DNA of 32,000 bases from Sinorhizobium meliloti (GTDB lineage: Bacteria; Pseudomonadota; Alphaproteobacteria; Rhizobiales; Rhizobiaceae): NCBI RefSeq assembly GCF_017876815.1, contig NZ_JAGIOS010000003.1, positions 930,001-962,000 of the forward strand, read 5' to 3'. Below the pieces are notes generated by a model. It saw only the letters and a list, made by a program, of their open reading frames with translations. It had not been told where the DNA came from and searched no databases. This document shows, one piece after another, positions 24,004 to 32,000 of the stretch. How positions within the stretch are numbered: the stretch's first letter is position 1; every line of letters starts with the position of its first letter. A program made the position numbers and the translations under genes.

Positions 24004-25388
24004 GGCATTCTCCTTTCGGCGGTCAGACGAGTCTGGCGCGCCATCGCGCGACGGAAGGCCTTTTCTGCCCGGTCGAGGATCGCGCCCTCATCGGCGTCGA
24101 CCAGTTTACGCCCGCGCATCAACACACGGCCGCCAACGATGGTCGTGTCGACATCCGCGCCGTTGGCGAAGCGCGCGAGACGTTGCACCGGATCGACCGG
24201 CGGCCACAGATGCGGCTGGCGCATGTTGATCAGCAGGATATCGGCGCGCTTGCCGACTTCCAGCGAGCCGATCTCATCGTCCATGCAGAGTGCCCGGGCG
24301 CCCGCGATCGTCGCCATTTCGAGAAGCTGGAGGGGCGGGAGCACGGCGTCGTCGCGGAAATGGCGGGCGTGATAGCGATGCGCCTGGAACATGTTGCGAA
24401 ACATATCGAAGGAGCGGTCGGGCGCGGCGGCATCGGTGCCCAGCGAGACGGTGACGCCGTCCTGCATCAATTCCGGTGCAGGGCAGCGGCCGGAAACGGA
24501 CATCAGTGCGCTCGGATTGTGCGCCACCTTGGCGCCGGTGCGCTTTAGCACGGCTCGGTCTTCCTCGGTGAGGTCGATGCAATGGGCGAGGAGCGAACGG
24601 TCGTCGAAAAGCGCGAGGCTGGCATCGTTGGCGGCAATCGAGCCGTCGCGGTGGCCGTCCTGCACCAGCAGCACGCCCTTTTCCCGAGCCAGATCGCGGG
24701 CCTTCAGCGAAAGTGTGCGCACGGCGGGGTCTTCAAGTTCGCTCGCATTGAAGACGGGAAGCGAGACGGCGAGCTGCACCCGGTCGTCGCGGCCGGCCCA
24801 ACGGTCGATAAGTGCGGCGCTGACCGCAATTTGGGTGGCGGTGCAAACCGCGACCTCCTGATAGGAGTCGCCCTCGTAGAGCCTGTACACACTTTTGGCA
24901 GAAGGACGGTTGGGACCGACCGCGAGAATCTCGCGCACGCCCATCTCCGTAATAGCGGTGAGATGAGCCTCGGCTGCATCCGGTCCTTCGGTGCGCATGA
25001 TGTCCGGCCCGCCGCCGAACAGAAGGGCGGCGGTGGTGGTGCCACACTTGATACGCTCCAGCGCCGACAGCGCAGCTTCGGCCGCCCAAAATTCCGGATC
25101 CGTCGCTTCGGCGTAGATCCGGCCGGTCGTTGCCATCCAGTCGTCCGATCTATTGCCCAGCCCCTTGGTCAGCGTGTGTCCGGCATGGGCATGGGTATCG
25201 ATGAGCCCGGGCATCACCACCATACCGGCGGCATCGATACGTGGCACGTTTAGGCCAACTGCCGGCGCCTCGAGACTGATCGCGGCGATCCACCCGTTTT
25301 CGACCAGCACGAAGCCTCGCTCCAGCACGCGCCCGCCAGCGTCAAGGGTGAGAACCAAGCCGTTTTCGATCAGCAAGGAATCTGCCAT
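24000..25388 (-). CDS. amidohydrolase (TRZ/ATZ / aminohydrolase family, 462 aa)
   Basis: GGGAGAA SD precedes the ATG at 25388 (MADSLLIENG...). Motifs PGLIDTHAHAGH, LAHCIDL and GTDAAAPD are present. The 493-aa track ORF is an extension. Confidence 0.85.
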   Translation of the reverse strand: MADSLLIENGLVLTLDAGGRVLERGFVLVENGWIAAISLEAPAVGLNVPRIDAAGMVVMPGLIDTHAHAGHTLTKGLGNRSDDWMATTGRIYAEATDPEFWAAEAALSALERIKCGTTTAALLFGGGPDIMRTEGPDAAEAHLTAITEMGVREILAVGPNRPSAKSVYRLYEGDSYQEVAVCTATQIAVSAALIDRWAGRDDRVQLAVSLPVFNASELEDPAVRTLSLKARDLAREKGVLLVQDGHRDGSIAANDASLALFDDRSLLAHCIDLTEEDRAVLKRTGAKVAHNPSALMSVSGRCPAPELMQDGVTVSLGTDAAAPDRSFDMFRNMFQAHRYHARHFRDDAVLPPLQLLEMATIAGARALCMDDEIGSLEVGKRADILLINMRQPHLWPPVDPVQRLARFANGADVDTTIVGGRVLMRGRKLVDADEGAILDRAEKAFRRAMARQTRLTAERRMP

Positions 25389-25535
25389 CTCATTCTCCCA
25401 AATTATTGCGTACATAATTGGCCTATTTTGTTGCCAAAATGTGTGTACAATAACTTGAGGGGGAAGGCAAAACATGCACAATCACTTTTGGAGTGCTCGT
25501 ATGCATTTTTGTGCATGCAAAATGGGAGAAAGATC

Positions 25536-27111
25536 GTGAAGACCTACATGAAGACCCTTTTGGCGGGGCTTGCCATTCTGGCGCCGCTTTCCGCACCCGC
25601 CCTAGCCGAGACGCTTCGCTGGTCGGCCTCCGGCGACGTCATTTCCTACGACCCCAATGCGCAAGTCGACAGCTTCACCCAGAGCGTCCAGCACATGGTC
25701 TTCGATCCGCTCGTCCGCCGCAACAAGGACCTGAAGCTTGAGCCGGCGCTGGCGACGTCCTGGGAGATTGTCGAGCCGAACCGCTGGCGCTTCAAGCTGC
25801 GCCAGGGCGTAAAATTCCACGAGGGCCAGCCCTTCAACGCCGACGACGTGGTGGCGACCATTCAGCGCCAGATCGATCCGGGCGCGCGCAACCGCGAAAA
25901 CCTCTCCGCCGTGACCGGCGTCGAGAAGGTCGACGACTACACCGTCGACCTCATCCTGCGAGGCGCCTATCCGCTGCTCCTCAACGACCTTGCCGCCATC
26001 TACATCATGAGCAAGCCGTGGATGGAAGAGCACGACGCGCTGAAGCCGGGCAACACGGCAACCGGCGTCGTCACCTATGCCAGCGCTCATGCCAACGGCA
26101 CCGGCCCCTTCAAGCTGAAGAGCTACGAGCCGGATGCCCGCTCTGTCTTTGAAGTGAACAAAGACTGGTGGGACAAGCCGCAGCATAATCTGACGGAAGT
26201 CGAGTTCCGTCCGATCGCCTCCGACGCCACCCGCGTCGCGGCGCTGCTGTCCGGTGAAGTCGACATGATTGTCCCGGTTCCGCTGCAGGACGTCGACCGC
26301 ATTAATGGCACCGACGGCCTGAAGGTGGTGGAAAACCCGTCTCTGCGAACCATCATGCTGGCGCTGAACTTCAAAAAGGAACTGCACGCCGCTCCGGGCG
26401 TCGCCAACCCGATGACGAGCGTCAAGGTGCGCCAGGCACTCTGGCACGCCATCGACGTCAACACGATCCAGAAGCGCCTAATGCGCGGCAAGTCGCGCGT
26501 CGCCGGCATGCTCGTCGCCCCGGCTGTCACCGGTCACGACGATGCGATCGACGTGCCGCTGGAATATGATTGTTGACAAGGCAAAGACCCTATTGGCCGA
26601 AGCGGGTTATCCGGATGGCTTCAAGACGGGTCTTTCCTGCTCGAACGACCGCTACATCGCCGACGAGCAGATCTGCCTTGCCATCTCCTCGATGTGGGCA
26701 AAGATCGGCGTGCAGGTGGACCTCAGCGTCGAGAGCAAGACGACCTATTTCCCGCGCATGGATAACGGCGAACTCGACGTCTACCTGCTTGGCTGGGCCT
26801 CTTTGCCGGCGATGGACGGCTACAGCGTGCTCCAGGCGCTGCTCGCGACCAATGACGGCACCTTCGGCGGCTCGAATCCGAACGGTCTTTCCGATCCGCG
26901 CATCGATGCTCTTGCCCGCTCGGCTTCGGTCGAACTCGAGGAGACCAAGCGCGTGGACATGCTGAAGGAAGCCTTCCGCATCACTCATGACGACGCCCTG
27001 TTCATTCCGCTGCACCAGCAGCCGGTCGCCTGGGCTATGAGCAACAAGGTCGACATTCCGCAGTTCCCGGACGAATATGTTCGTCCGTGGTTCGCACAGA
27101 TCAAGAAATAG
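25536..27111 (+). pseudogene. family-5 (DppA/OppA/NikA-type) periplasmic substrate-binding protein, frame broken by 1 nt near 26571
   Basis: GGGAGA lies 6 nt upstream of the GTG at 25536 (alternative ATG at 25548). A signal peptide (LLAGLAILAPLSAPALA) is present. ORF 1 ends ...DVPLEYDC* and the +1 frame continues VDKAKTLLAEAGYPDGF.... Joining the two gives a normal protein of about 524 aa. Confidence 0.85.
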
Positions 27112-27127
27112 CAGTTCTCCCGAGGCA

Positions 27128-27160
27128 GGACCCCCGACCGGCAAAAGCCGGCCGGGGTCC
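27128..27160 (+). terminator. GC-rich stem-loop after the SBP gene (attenuator / mRNA-stabilising hairpin candidate)
   Basis: ggacccccgaccggc-aaaa-gccggccggggtcc gives about 13 bp with one bulge and one mismatch. A short T run (gtttt) follows 9 nt downstream. It lies in the 160-nt gap before the permease gene. Confidence 0.45.
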
Positions 27161-27281
27161 ACCGCAACGTTTTCCCGGTCGATTCCTCCGCAGCCATTTT
27201 TAGGGCACGGAGCGATGGAGCAAGACGGCCGGCATTCCGCCCCCAGTTGGGCATGAGCGCTCCCCGCTAAGGATGATTCCG

Positions 27282-28247
27282 ATGCTCAGACTTCTCTCGG
27301 TGCGGCTGCTCCAGGCCATCCTTGTGATGCTTGCCGTGACGGCCATCGCCTTCGTCATGTTCCGCTTCGTCGGCGATCCCGTCTCCTCCATGGTGCGCGA
27401 AGGCGCTACCCAGGCGGAAAAGGACGCGCTACGCGTCGCGCTCGGCCTCGACAAGCCGGTCCTCGCGCAATTCTTCAATTTCGCTGGCCAAGTGCTGACG
27501 GGCGATCTCGGCACCAGCTTCCGCTACCAGCAGCCGGTCGTGAGCCTGTTGATGAGCCGCCTTCCGGCAACGCTGGAACTGGTGGTCGTTGCCACGTTCC
27601 TGGCGCTCGCCGTCGGCATCCCGCTCGGCGTGCTCTGCGCGCTGAAACCGAACGCTTTTCTGTCTCGGCTGACGCAATCGGCGACGCTGGTCGGCATTTC
27701 CATGCCGACCTTCGTCACCGGCCTGCTGCTGATCCTGGTCTTCGCGGTGAACCTCCGCTGGCTGCCCTCCTCTGGGCGCGGCGAGCTCGTCGATCTCGGC
27801 CTCTGGCAGACGGGTTTCCTGACGCTCTCAGGCCTCAAGTCGCTAATCCTGCCGTCTATAACGCTGGCGCTCTTCCAGTTGACGCTGATCATGCGGCTGG
27901 TGCGCTCGGAGATGATCGACGTCCTGTCATCAGATTACATCCGCTTCGCCTTTGCCCGCGGCCTGCCGCGCGCCTATATCTATGGCCGCCTTGCGCTGCG
28001 CAACGCGCTCATGCCTGTCGTGACGGTCACCGGCCTCCAGATCGGCCAGCTCATCGCCTTCGCTATCGTCACCGAGACGGTGTTCCAGTGGCCGGGCATG
28101 GGCCTGCTCTTCACCAATGCCGTCGGCTATCCCGACATGCCAGTGCTCGCCGCCTACCTGCTCTTCGTCGGCTTCCTCTTCGTCATGATCAACATGGTTG
28201 TCGACATTCTCTATACCTTCATCGATCCGCGCCTGAGGACACGATAA
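27282..28247 (+). CDS. ABC transporter permease (DppB/OppB-type)
   Basis: AAGGA lies 8 nt upstream of the ATG at 27282. The N-terminus MLRLLSVRLLQAILVML and multiple TM segments are typical. The stop overlaps the next start (TAATG). Confidence 0.9.
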   Translation: MLRLLSVRLLQAILVMLAVTAIAFVMFRFVGDPVSSMVREGATQAEKDALRVALGLDKPVLAQFFNFAGQVLTGDLGTSFRYQQPVVSLLMSRLPATLELVVVATFLALAVGIPLGVLCALKPNAFLSRLTQSATLVGISMPTFVTGLLLILVFAVNLRWLPSSGRGELVDLGLWQTGFLTLSGLKSLILPSITLALFQLTLIMRLVRSEMIDVLSSDYIRFAFARGLPRAYIYGRLALRNALMPVVTVTGLQIGQLIAFAIVTETVFQWPGMGLLFTNAVGYPDMPVLAAYLLFVGFLFVMINMVVDILYTFIDPRLRTR

Positions 28248-29143
28248 TGGCCACGCAATCCCTGGTACGCCGGCTTCCGCCGGTTTCCGTGATGATCGCC
28301 GGCCTGGTGCTCGCCATCATGCTCGTGCTCGTCCTCTTCGCCCCGCTGATCGCACCGATGGACCCACGCGACGTCTCCTCCTTTTCGCTGATCGACATGG
28401 AGATCCCGCCCGCCTTCATGGACGGCGGCGATCCACGCTTCTTGCTCGGCACGGACAACCAGGGCCGCGACCTCGTCTCCGTCATCCTGTTCGGTCTGCG
28501 CATCTCCGTCGTCATCGGTCTCGGTGCAGTGTTTTTTGCGGCGGCGCTCGGCGTGATCCTCGGCCTGGTCGCCGGCTTCTTCGGCGGCATCATCGACAAT
28601 GTGGTGATGCGCATTGCCGACGTGCTGGTGAGCTTCCCGACCATCCTCGTGGCACTCCTCATCAGCGGCATCGCCCGCGCGCAGCTCAGCACCGAGACGA
28701 TGCTCGCCTGGGCGCCGCTGGTCCTGATCTTCTCCATCGCGGTCAACGAATGGGTGCAGTATGCCCGCACCGTGCGCGCCTCGACCATGGTTGAAGTCGC
28801 CCGCGACTATGTGCGCGCCGCCAAGGTCATCGGCCTGCCCGCCGGACGCATCATGGGCCGGCACATCTTGCCGAACGTCATGAGCTCGGTCATGGTCATT
28901 GCCACGATCAACCTTGCGGGCGCGATCCTGACGGAGGCGACGCTCTCCTTCCTCGGCGCCGGCATGCCGCCGACCTATCCCTCGCTCGGCACGCTGATCC
29001 GCATCGGCAACCAGTTCCTGTTCTCCGGCATTTGGTGGATCGCCGTCATGCCGGCGGCAGTTCTCGTCGTCCTCGTGCTCGCTGTCAACGTGATCGGCGA
29101 CTATCTGCGCGATCGCTTCAACCCGAAACTGATGGCCCGCTGA
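28247..29143 (+). CDS. ABC transporter permease (DppC/OppC-type)
   Basis: I chose the start at MATQSLVRRLPP. The DppC-type N-terminal region (FAPLIAPMDP) and TM segments are present. The track ORF from 28088 overlaps the previous gene in another frame. Confidence 0.9.
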   Translation: MATQSLVRRLPPVSVMIAGLVLAIMLVLVLFAPLIAPMDPRDVSSFSLIDMEIPPAFMDGGDPRFLLGTDNQGRDLVSVILFGLRISVVIGLGAVFFAAALGVILGLVAGFFGGIIDNVVMRIADVLVSFPTILVALLISGIARAQLSTETMLAWAPLVLIFSIAVNEWVQYARTVRASTMVEVARDYVRAAKVIGLPAGRIMGRHILPNVMSSVMVIATINLAGAILTEATLSFLGAGMPPTYPSLGTLIRIGNQFLFSGIWWIAVMPAAVLVVLVLAVNVIGDYLRDRFNPKLMAR

Positions 29144-29144
29144 T

Positions 29145-30863
29145 ATGACCGATACGACAACCCCAGTTCTCGACATCAAGGCGCTCCGCGTCGAGTATCC
29201 TCTGGCAAACGGTGACACGCTCGTCGCCGTCAAGGGGATCGACCTTCTAATCCGCCCGGGCGAGATCCACGCCCTCGTCGGCGAATCCGGTGCGGGCAAG
29301 ACCACGGTCGGCAACGCGCTAATGGGCCTGTTGCAGGCCCCCGGCAAAATCGTCTCCGGCTCCATCGAGATCGCCGGCAAACCGATCGATCTTCGCACCG
29401 GACGCACCGCGGGCATCATACCTGGCCGCGATGTCGGCGCGATCTTCCAGGACCCGATGACGAGCCTCAACCCGCTCTTCACGGTGGAAAGCCAGCTCTG
29501 CGAGGGCATGCTGACGCATCTGAAACTCGCCCGCGCCGAGGCGAAGGCCCGCGCGCTCGAACTGATGAAGGACGTCGGCATTCCCGAACCGGAACGCCGG
29601 CTCGGCTCCTATCCGCACCAGCTTTCCGGCGGCCAGCGGCAGCGCGTGGTCATCGCCACGGCGCTGGCCTGCGGCCCGAAGCTCATCGTCGCCGACGAAC
29701 CGACGACGGCGCTCGATGTCTCCGTCCAGGCGCAGATCCTGAAACTGATCCGCGACCTTGCGGACCAGCGCGGCGTCGGCGTGCTACTCGTCACGCACAA
29801 TATGGGCGTCGTTGCCGAAATTGCCGACCGCGTCACGATCATGCAGAACGGCGCGGTAGTGGAAAGCGGTTCGGCCCGTGAGGTGTTGACCACCCCGAAG
29901 GCGCCCTATGCCCGCACCCTGATCGCCGCCGTGCCGCCTATCGAGCACCGGCTCGAACGCCTGCCGGTACCGAGCGAAGAAACGCAGGTGACGCTGGATG
30001 CGCGCGCGAATGTGCGCAGCAAGAACACGAAAAGGGAGACGGGCGGCAAGGACGATGTGATTCTTTCCGTTCGCGACCTTGCGGTTGAATACGGCGACCG
30101 CTCGCTGATCCCCGGCCGCAAGTCCTCCGTCTTCCGCGCGGTCAAGAGGGTTTCCTTCGAGGTTCGCCGCGGCGAGATCTTCGGACTCGTTGGGGAATCC
30201 GGCTGCGGCAAGACCACCGTCGCCAACACCATCGCCGGTCTCGTCACTCAGAGCTCGGGCAGCATCGACTTCCAGGGCACGGCACTCGGGGCGAAACGTG
30301 AAAAAACCGTCCGCAAGTCCTTGCAGATGGTGTTCCAAGATCCCTACTCGGCGCTCAATCCGCGCCTGCGCATCAACTCCGCCATCGCCGAGCCGATCCT
30401 GTTTTACAAGCTAGCCTCCAATGCCGAGGAGGCCAGGCTGGATGCGAAGACGCTGCTCGAAGTCGTGGGTCTGCCCGCAGATGCCGGCAGCCGCTTCTCG
30501 CATGCCTTCTCCGGCGGCCAGCGCCAGCGTATCGCCATCGCCCGCGCGCTTGGACCGCGCCCGTCGCTCCTCATCTGTGACGAGCCTACCTCGGCGCTCG
30601 ACGTTTCAGTGCAGGCGCAGCTCCTCAACCTCCTGAAGGACCTGCGCGATCTCGCCGGCCTTTCCATGCTGTTCATCAGCCACGATCTCGCGGTGATCCG
30701 CCAGATGTGCGACCGCATCGCGGTGATGAAATCGGGCGAGATTGTCGAGCTGGCCGATACCGAGACGCTGTTTACCGCCCCTCAGCACGATTACACGAAG
30801 GAACTCCTGCGCCTCGCGCCCTCGCTCGACCGCATCCTGTCGCGGCAGAGCGCGGTACAATAG
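29145..30863 (+). CDS. fused double ATP-binding cassette protein (DppD-DppF / GsiA-like), 572 aa
   Basis: It has two Walker A motifs ([18 protein letters not shown]), two ABC signatures ([16 protein letters not shown]) and two Walker B motifs (IVADEPT, LICDEPT). Confidence 0.95.
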   Translation: MTDTTTPVLDIKALRVEYPLANGDTLVAVKGIDLLIRPGEIHALVGESGAGKTTVGNALMGLLQAPGKIVSGSIEIAGKPIDLRTGRTAGIIPGRDVGAIFQDPMTSLNPLFTVESQLCEGMLTHLKLARAEAKARALELMKDVGIPEPERRLGSYPHQLSGGQRQRVVIATALACGPKLIVADEPTTALDVSVQAQILKLIRDLADQRGVGVLLVTHNMGVVAEIADRVTIMQNGAVVESGSAREVLTTPKAPYARTLIAAVPPIEHRLERLPVPSEETQVTLDARANVRSKNTKRETGGKDDVILSVRDLAVEYGDRSLIPGRKSSVFRAVKRVSFEVRRGEIFGLVGESGCGKTTVANTIAGLVTQSSGSIDFQGTALGAKREKTVRKSLQMVFQDPYSALNPRLRINSAIAEPILFYKLASNAEEARLDAKTLLEVVGLPADAGSRFSHAFSGGQRQRIAIARALGPRPSLLICDEPTSALDVSVQAQLLNLLKDLRDLAGLSMLFISHDLAVIRQMCDRIAVMKSGEIVELADTETLFTAPQHDYTKELLRLAPSLDRILSRQSAVQ

Positions 30864-31420
30864 GCTGAGCGGACTTGGAAGAGCGAGGGGTGTGGCTGCC
30901 CCCGCTGTGCTACAGAGTATTCCTGGAAGGGGAGATCGGCTCGGGTGTGTTGGCCCGCGCGAACAAGCCCTTTCGAGCGCGATCCCGCTTTCTCCCAATC
31001 GCATCCTCGCCGGGGCACGTGTTTTCCAACCGGCAGTCAAGCAAATCCCATGTTACCTGCCGTTGCACTGGCTCTCCGCCTAGCTAAACACCTGGGCCAG
31101 CGGTTTTGGCATACCGGAGCCGGTACGACCGGCAGCGATATCAGACAAGATGTATAGCAAGTGCTCACGCGCGATAACGCGAACGGAGCCGCGAACAATT
31201 CGACCAGTTCATCGCCCAATCAGGGCCAGCCGCGCATGACGACTATCTCGCAGTCAGCAACGCAGTAGAGAATTGTAGCAGTTTCACGAAAGGAACCTGA
31301 ACTGGGCAGTTGAACACGGACTGACCGGCACGGCAAGGCCACTTCGACGCGCCGCGGAATAGCGTCTCAAGCTTTCGGCAATTTGCGATGGAGCGTCGAT
31401 CGAAATGGCCGGAGTGCTTC

Positions 31421-31452
31421 ACGGACCGCTCACTGCAACGTCAGCGGTCCGT
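31421..31452. terminator. perfect 10-bp stem hairpin (acggaccgct-N12-agcggtccgt), terminator candidate
   Basis: It lies 35 nt downstream of the M24 peptidase stop on the minus strand. On the plus strand it is followed by cggcattttctt, so it may act on either strand. Confidence 0.4.
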
Positions 31453-31486
31453 CGGCATTTTCTTGGCACGGATGTCAGTGCGGTGC

Positions 31487-32000
31487 CTATTTCACGCCGA
31501 ATACAGCTTCGTCGCCGCTGAGCGATTCAAATCCGTTGGCGGTGAGCACGGAGGGCATGCTGGCGCCCACACAGCCGATGCCGTCCTGATAGAGCACCGG
31601 GCTGATGTGGAAGCACATGCCCTCTTCGAGGACGGCATCGTGATTGCGGCGGATCGCCATGACATTGTCTTCACCCCAGCCGGGAGGGAAGGTCCCACCG
31701 ATACTGTAGGCCGGACGGGTAACCATCCATTCGGCAAAGCCGCGCCGCTCGAAGACGCTTTCGAATATCCGCGCAGCCTCGTGAGAAGTCATGCCGGGGC
31801 GCACGTTCGCATAGCCTTCGTTCAGTGCCTCCTTACAGACTTCGAACATGGTGCGGACTCGTGCCGAGGGTTCGCCGATGGAGTAGAACCGGTAAACAGG
31901 TGTATGATAGTCGAAAACAGACCCTGCCGGCTCGATATTGATAAGATCGCCGCGGGAAATCGGCGCTCCGCACCAGGTAACGTGCGCACGCGCGGTGCGC
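31487..32000 (-). CDS. M24-family metallopeptidase (Xaa-Pro peptidase / creatinase-like), 5' end outside the window
   Basis: The frame stays open to the window edge (RTARAHVTWCGAPISRGDLINIEPAGSVFDYHTPVYRFYSIGEP...). The pita-bread fold pattern GDLINI..G and the C-terminal ...EEGMCFHISP... are present. Confidence 0.8.
   Translation of the reverse strand, partial: RTARAHVTWCGAPISRGDLINIEPAGSVFDYHTPVYRFYSIGEPSARVRTMFEVCKEALNEGYANVRPGMTSHEAARIFESVFERRGFAEWMVTRPAYSIGGTFPPGWGEDNVMAIRRNHDAVLEEGMCFHISPVLYQDGIGCVGASMPSVLTANGFESLSGDEAVFGVK

Noticed and set aside
22816-24372. 518-aa plus-strand ORF spanning two amidohydrolase genes
   Set aside because: It is an antisense shadow ORF with low-complexity Arg/Ala-rich translation. 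The opposite strand carries clear amidohydrolase motifs.
28211-29581. 456-aa minus-strand ORF across the permease and ATPase genes
   Set aside because: It is an antisense shadow ORF. The plus strand encodes canonical ABC components.
30882-30906. Hairpin agcgagggg-N8-cccccgct 19 nt after the ABC ATPase stop, as a terminator
   Set aside because: The stem has a bulge and no U-tract follows. It is plausible but too weak to list as a feature.
1-32000. CRISPR arrays, tRNA/rRNA genes, integrase/att sites, reverse transcriptases
   Set aside because: I scanned by eye for regularly spaced direct repeats, cloverleaf-like GC-rich segments and signature motifs in the ORF translations, and found none.

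Overview
GC-rich, alpha-proteobacterial (Rhizobiales-like) accessory DNA, probably from a plasmid or chromid. All calls come from reading the sequence and the ORF translations by eye; no database search was run.

Layout, left to right:
1. 87-2747: housekeeping-type genes (DUF3788-like protein, MDR oxidoreductase, cupin).
2. About 2995-5613: a complete IS21-family element (istA/istB) with multi-copy terminal repeats.
3. 5793-9373: a defence-island-like stretch. It holds an intact 325-aa orphan ORF coupled to a multiply broken alpha/beta-hydrolase gene, then an AbiEi/AbiEii type IV toxin-antitoxin pair with a perfect inverted-repeat operator.
4. 9667-18108: an NHEJ/DNA-repair island.
   - ku is coupled to a stand-alone ATP-dependent ligase whose 3' end is frameshifted.
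   - A convergent operon runs ligD (PE-Lig-Pol, 878 aa), an uncharacterised tandem-repeat (HARP-like?) protein, then a GXWXG/DUF4334 protein, plus a DUF768 gene.
   - A single-domain response regulator sits behind a perfect GGAAC-N16-CGTT general-stress (EcfG/RpoE2-type) promoter.
   - Relics of a SRAP/YedK-like gene and of a third ligase are also present.
5. 18808-25388: a DUF1326 gene and four tightly coupled amidohydrolase-superfamily genes on the minus strand. One is allantoinase-like and one lacks the HxH metal motif.
6. 25536-30863: a divergent peptide/opine-type ABC importer (frameshifted substrate-binding protein, two permeases, fused double ATPase).
7. 31487-32000: the 3' part of an M24 peptidase/creatinase-like gene.

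No rRNA, tRNA or CRISPR array was seen.

Most interesting:
- the ligD-linked tandem-repeat protein;
- the hydrolase plus 325-aa cassette next to AbiE;
- the four-amidohydrolase operon;
- a cluster of EcfG-type promoter motifs;
- an unexplained conserved element of about 60 bp present twice.

Several reading-frame lesions sit at short homopolymers, so assembly indels are a live alternative to true pseudogenisation.
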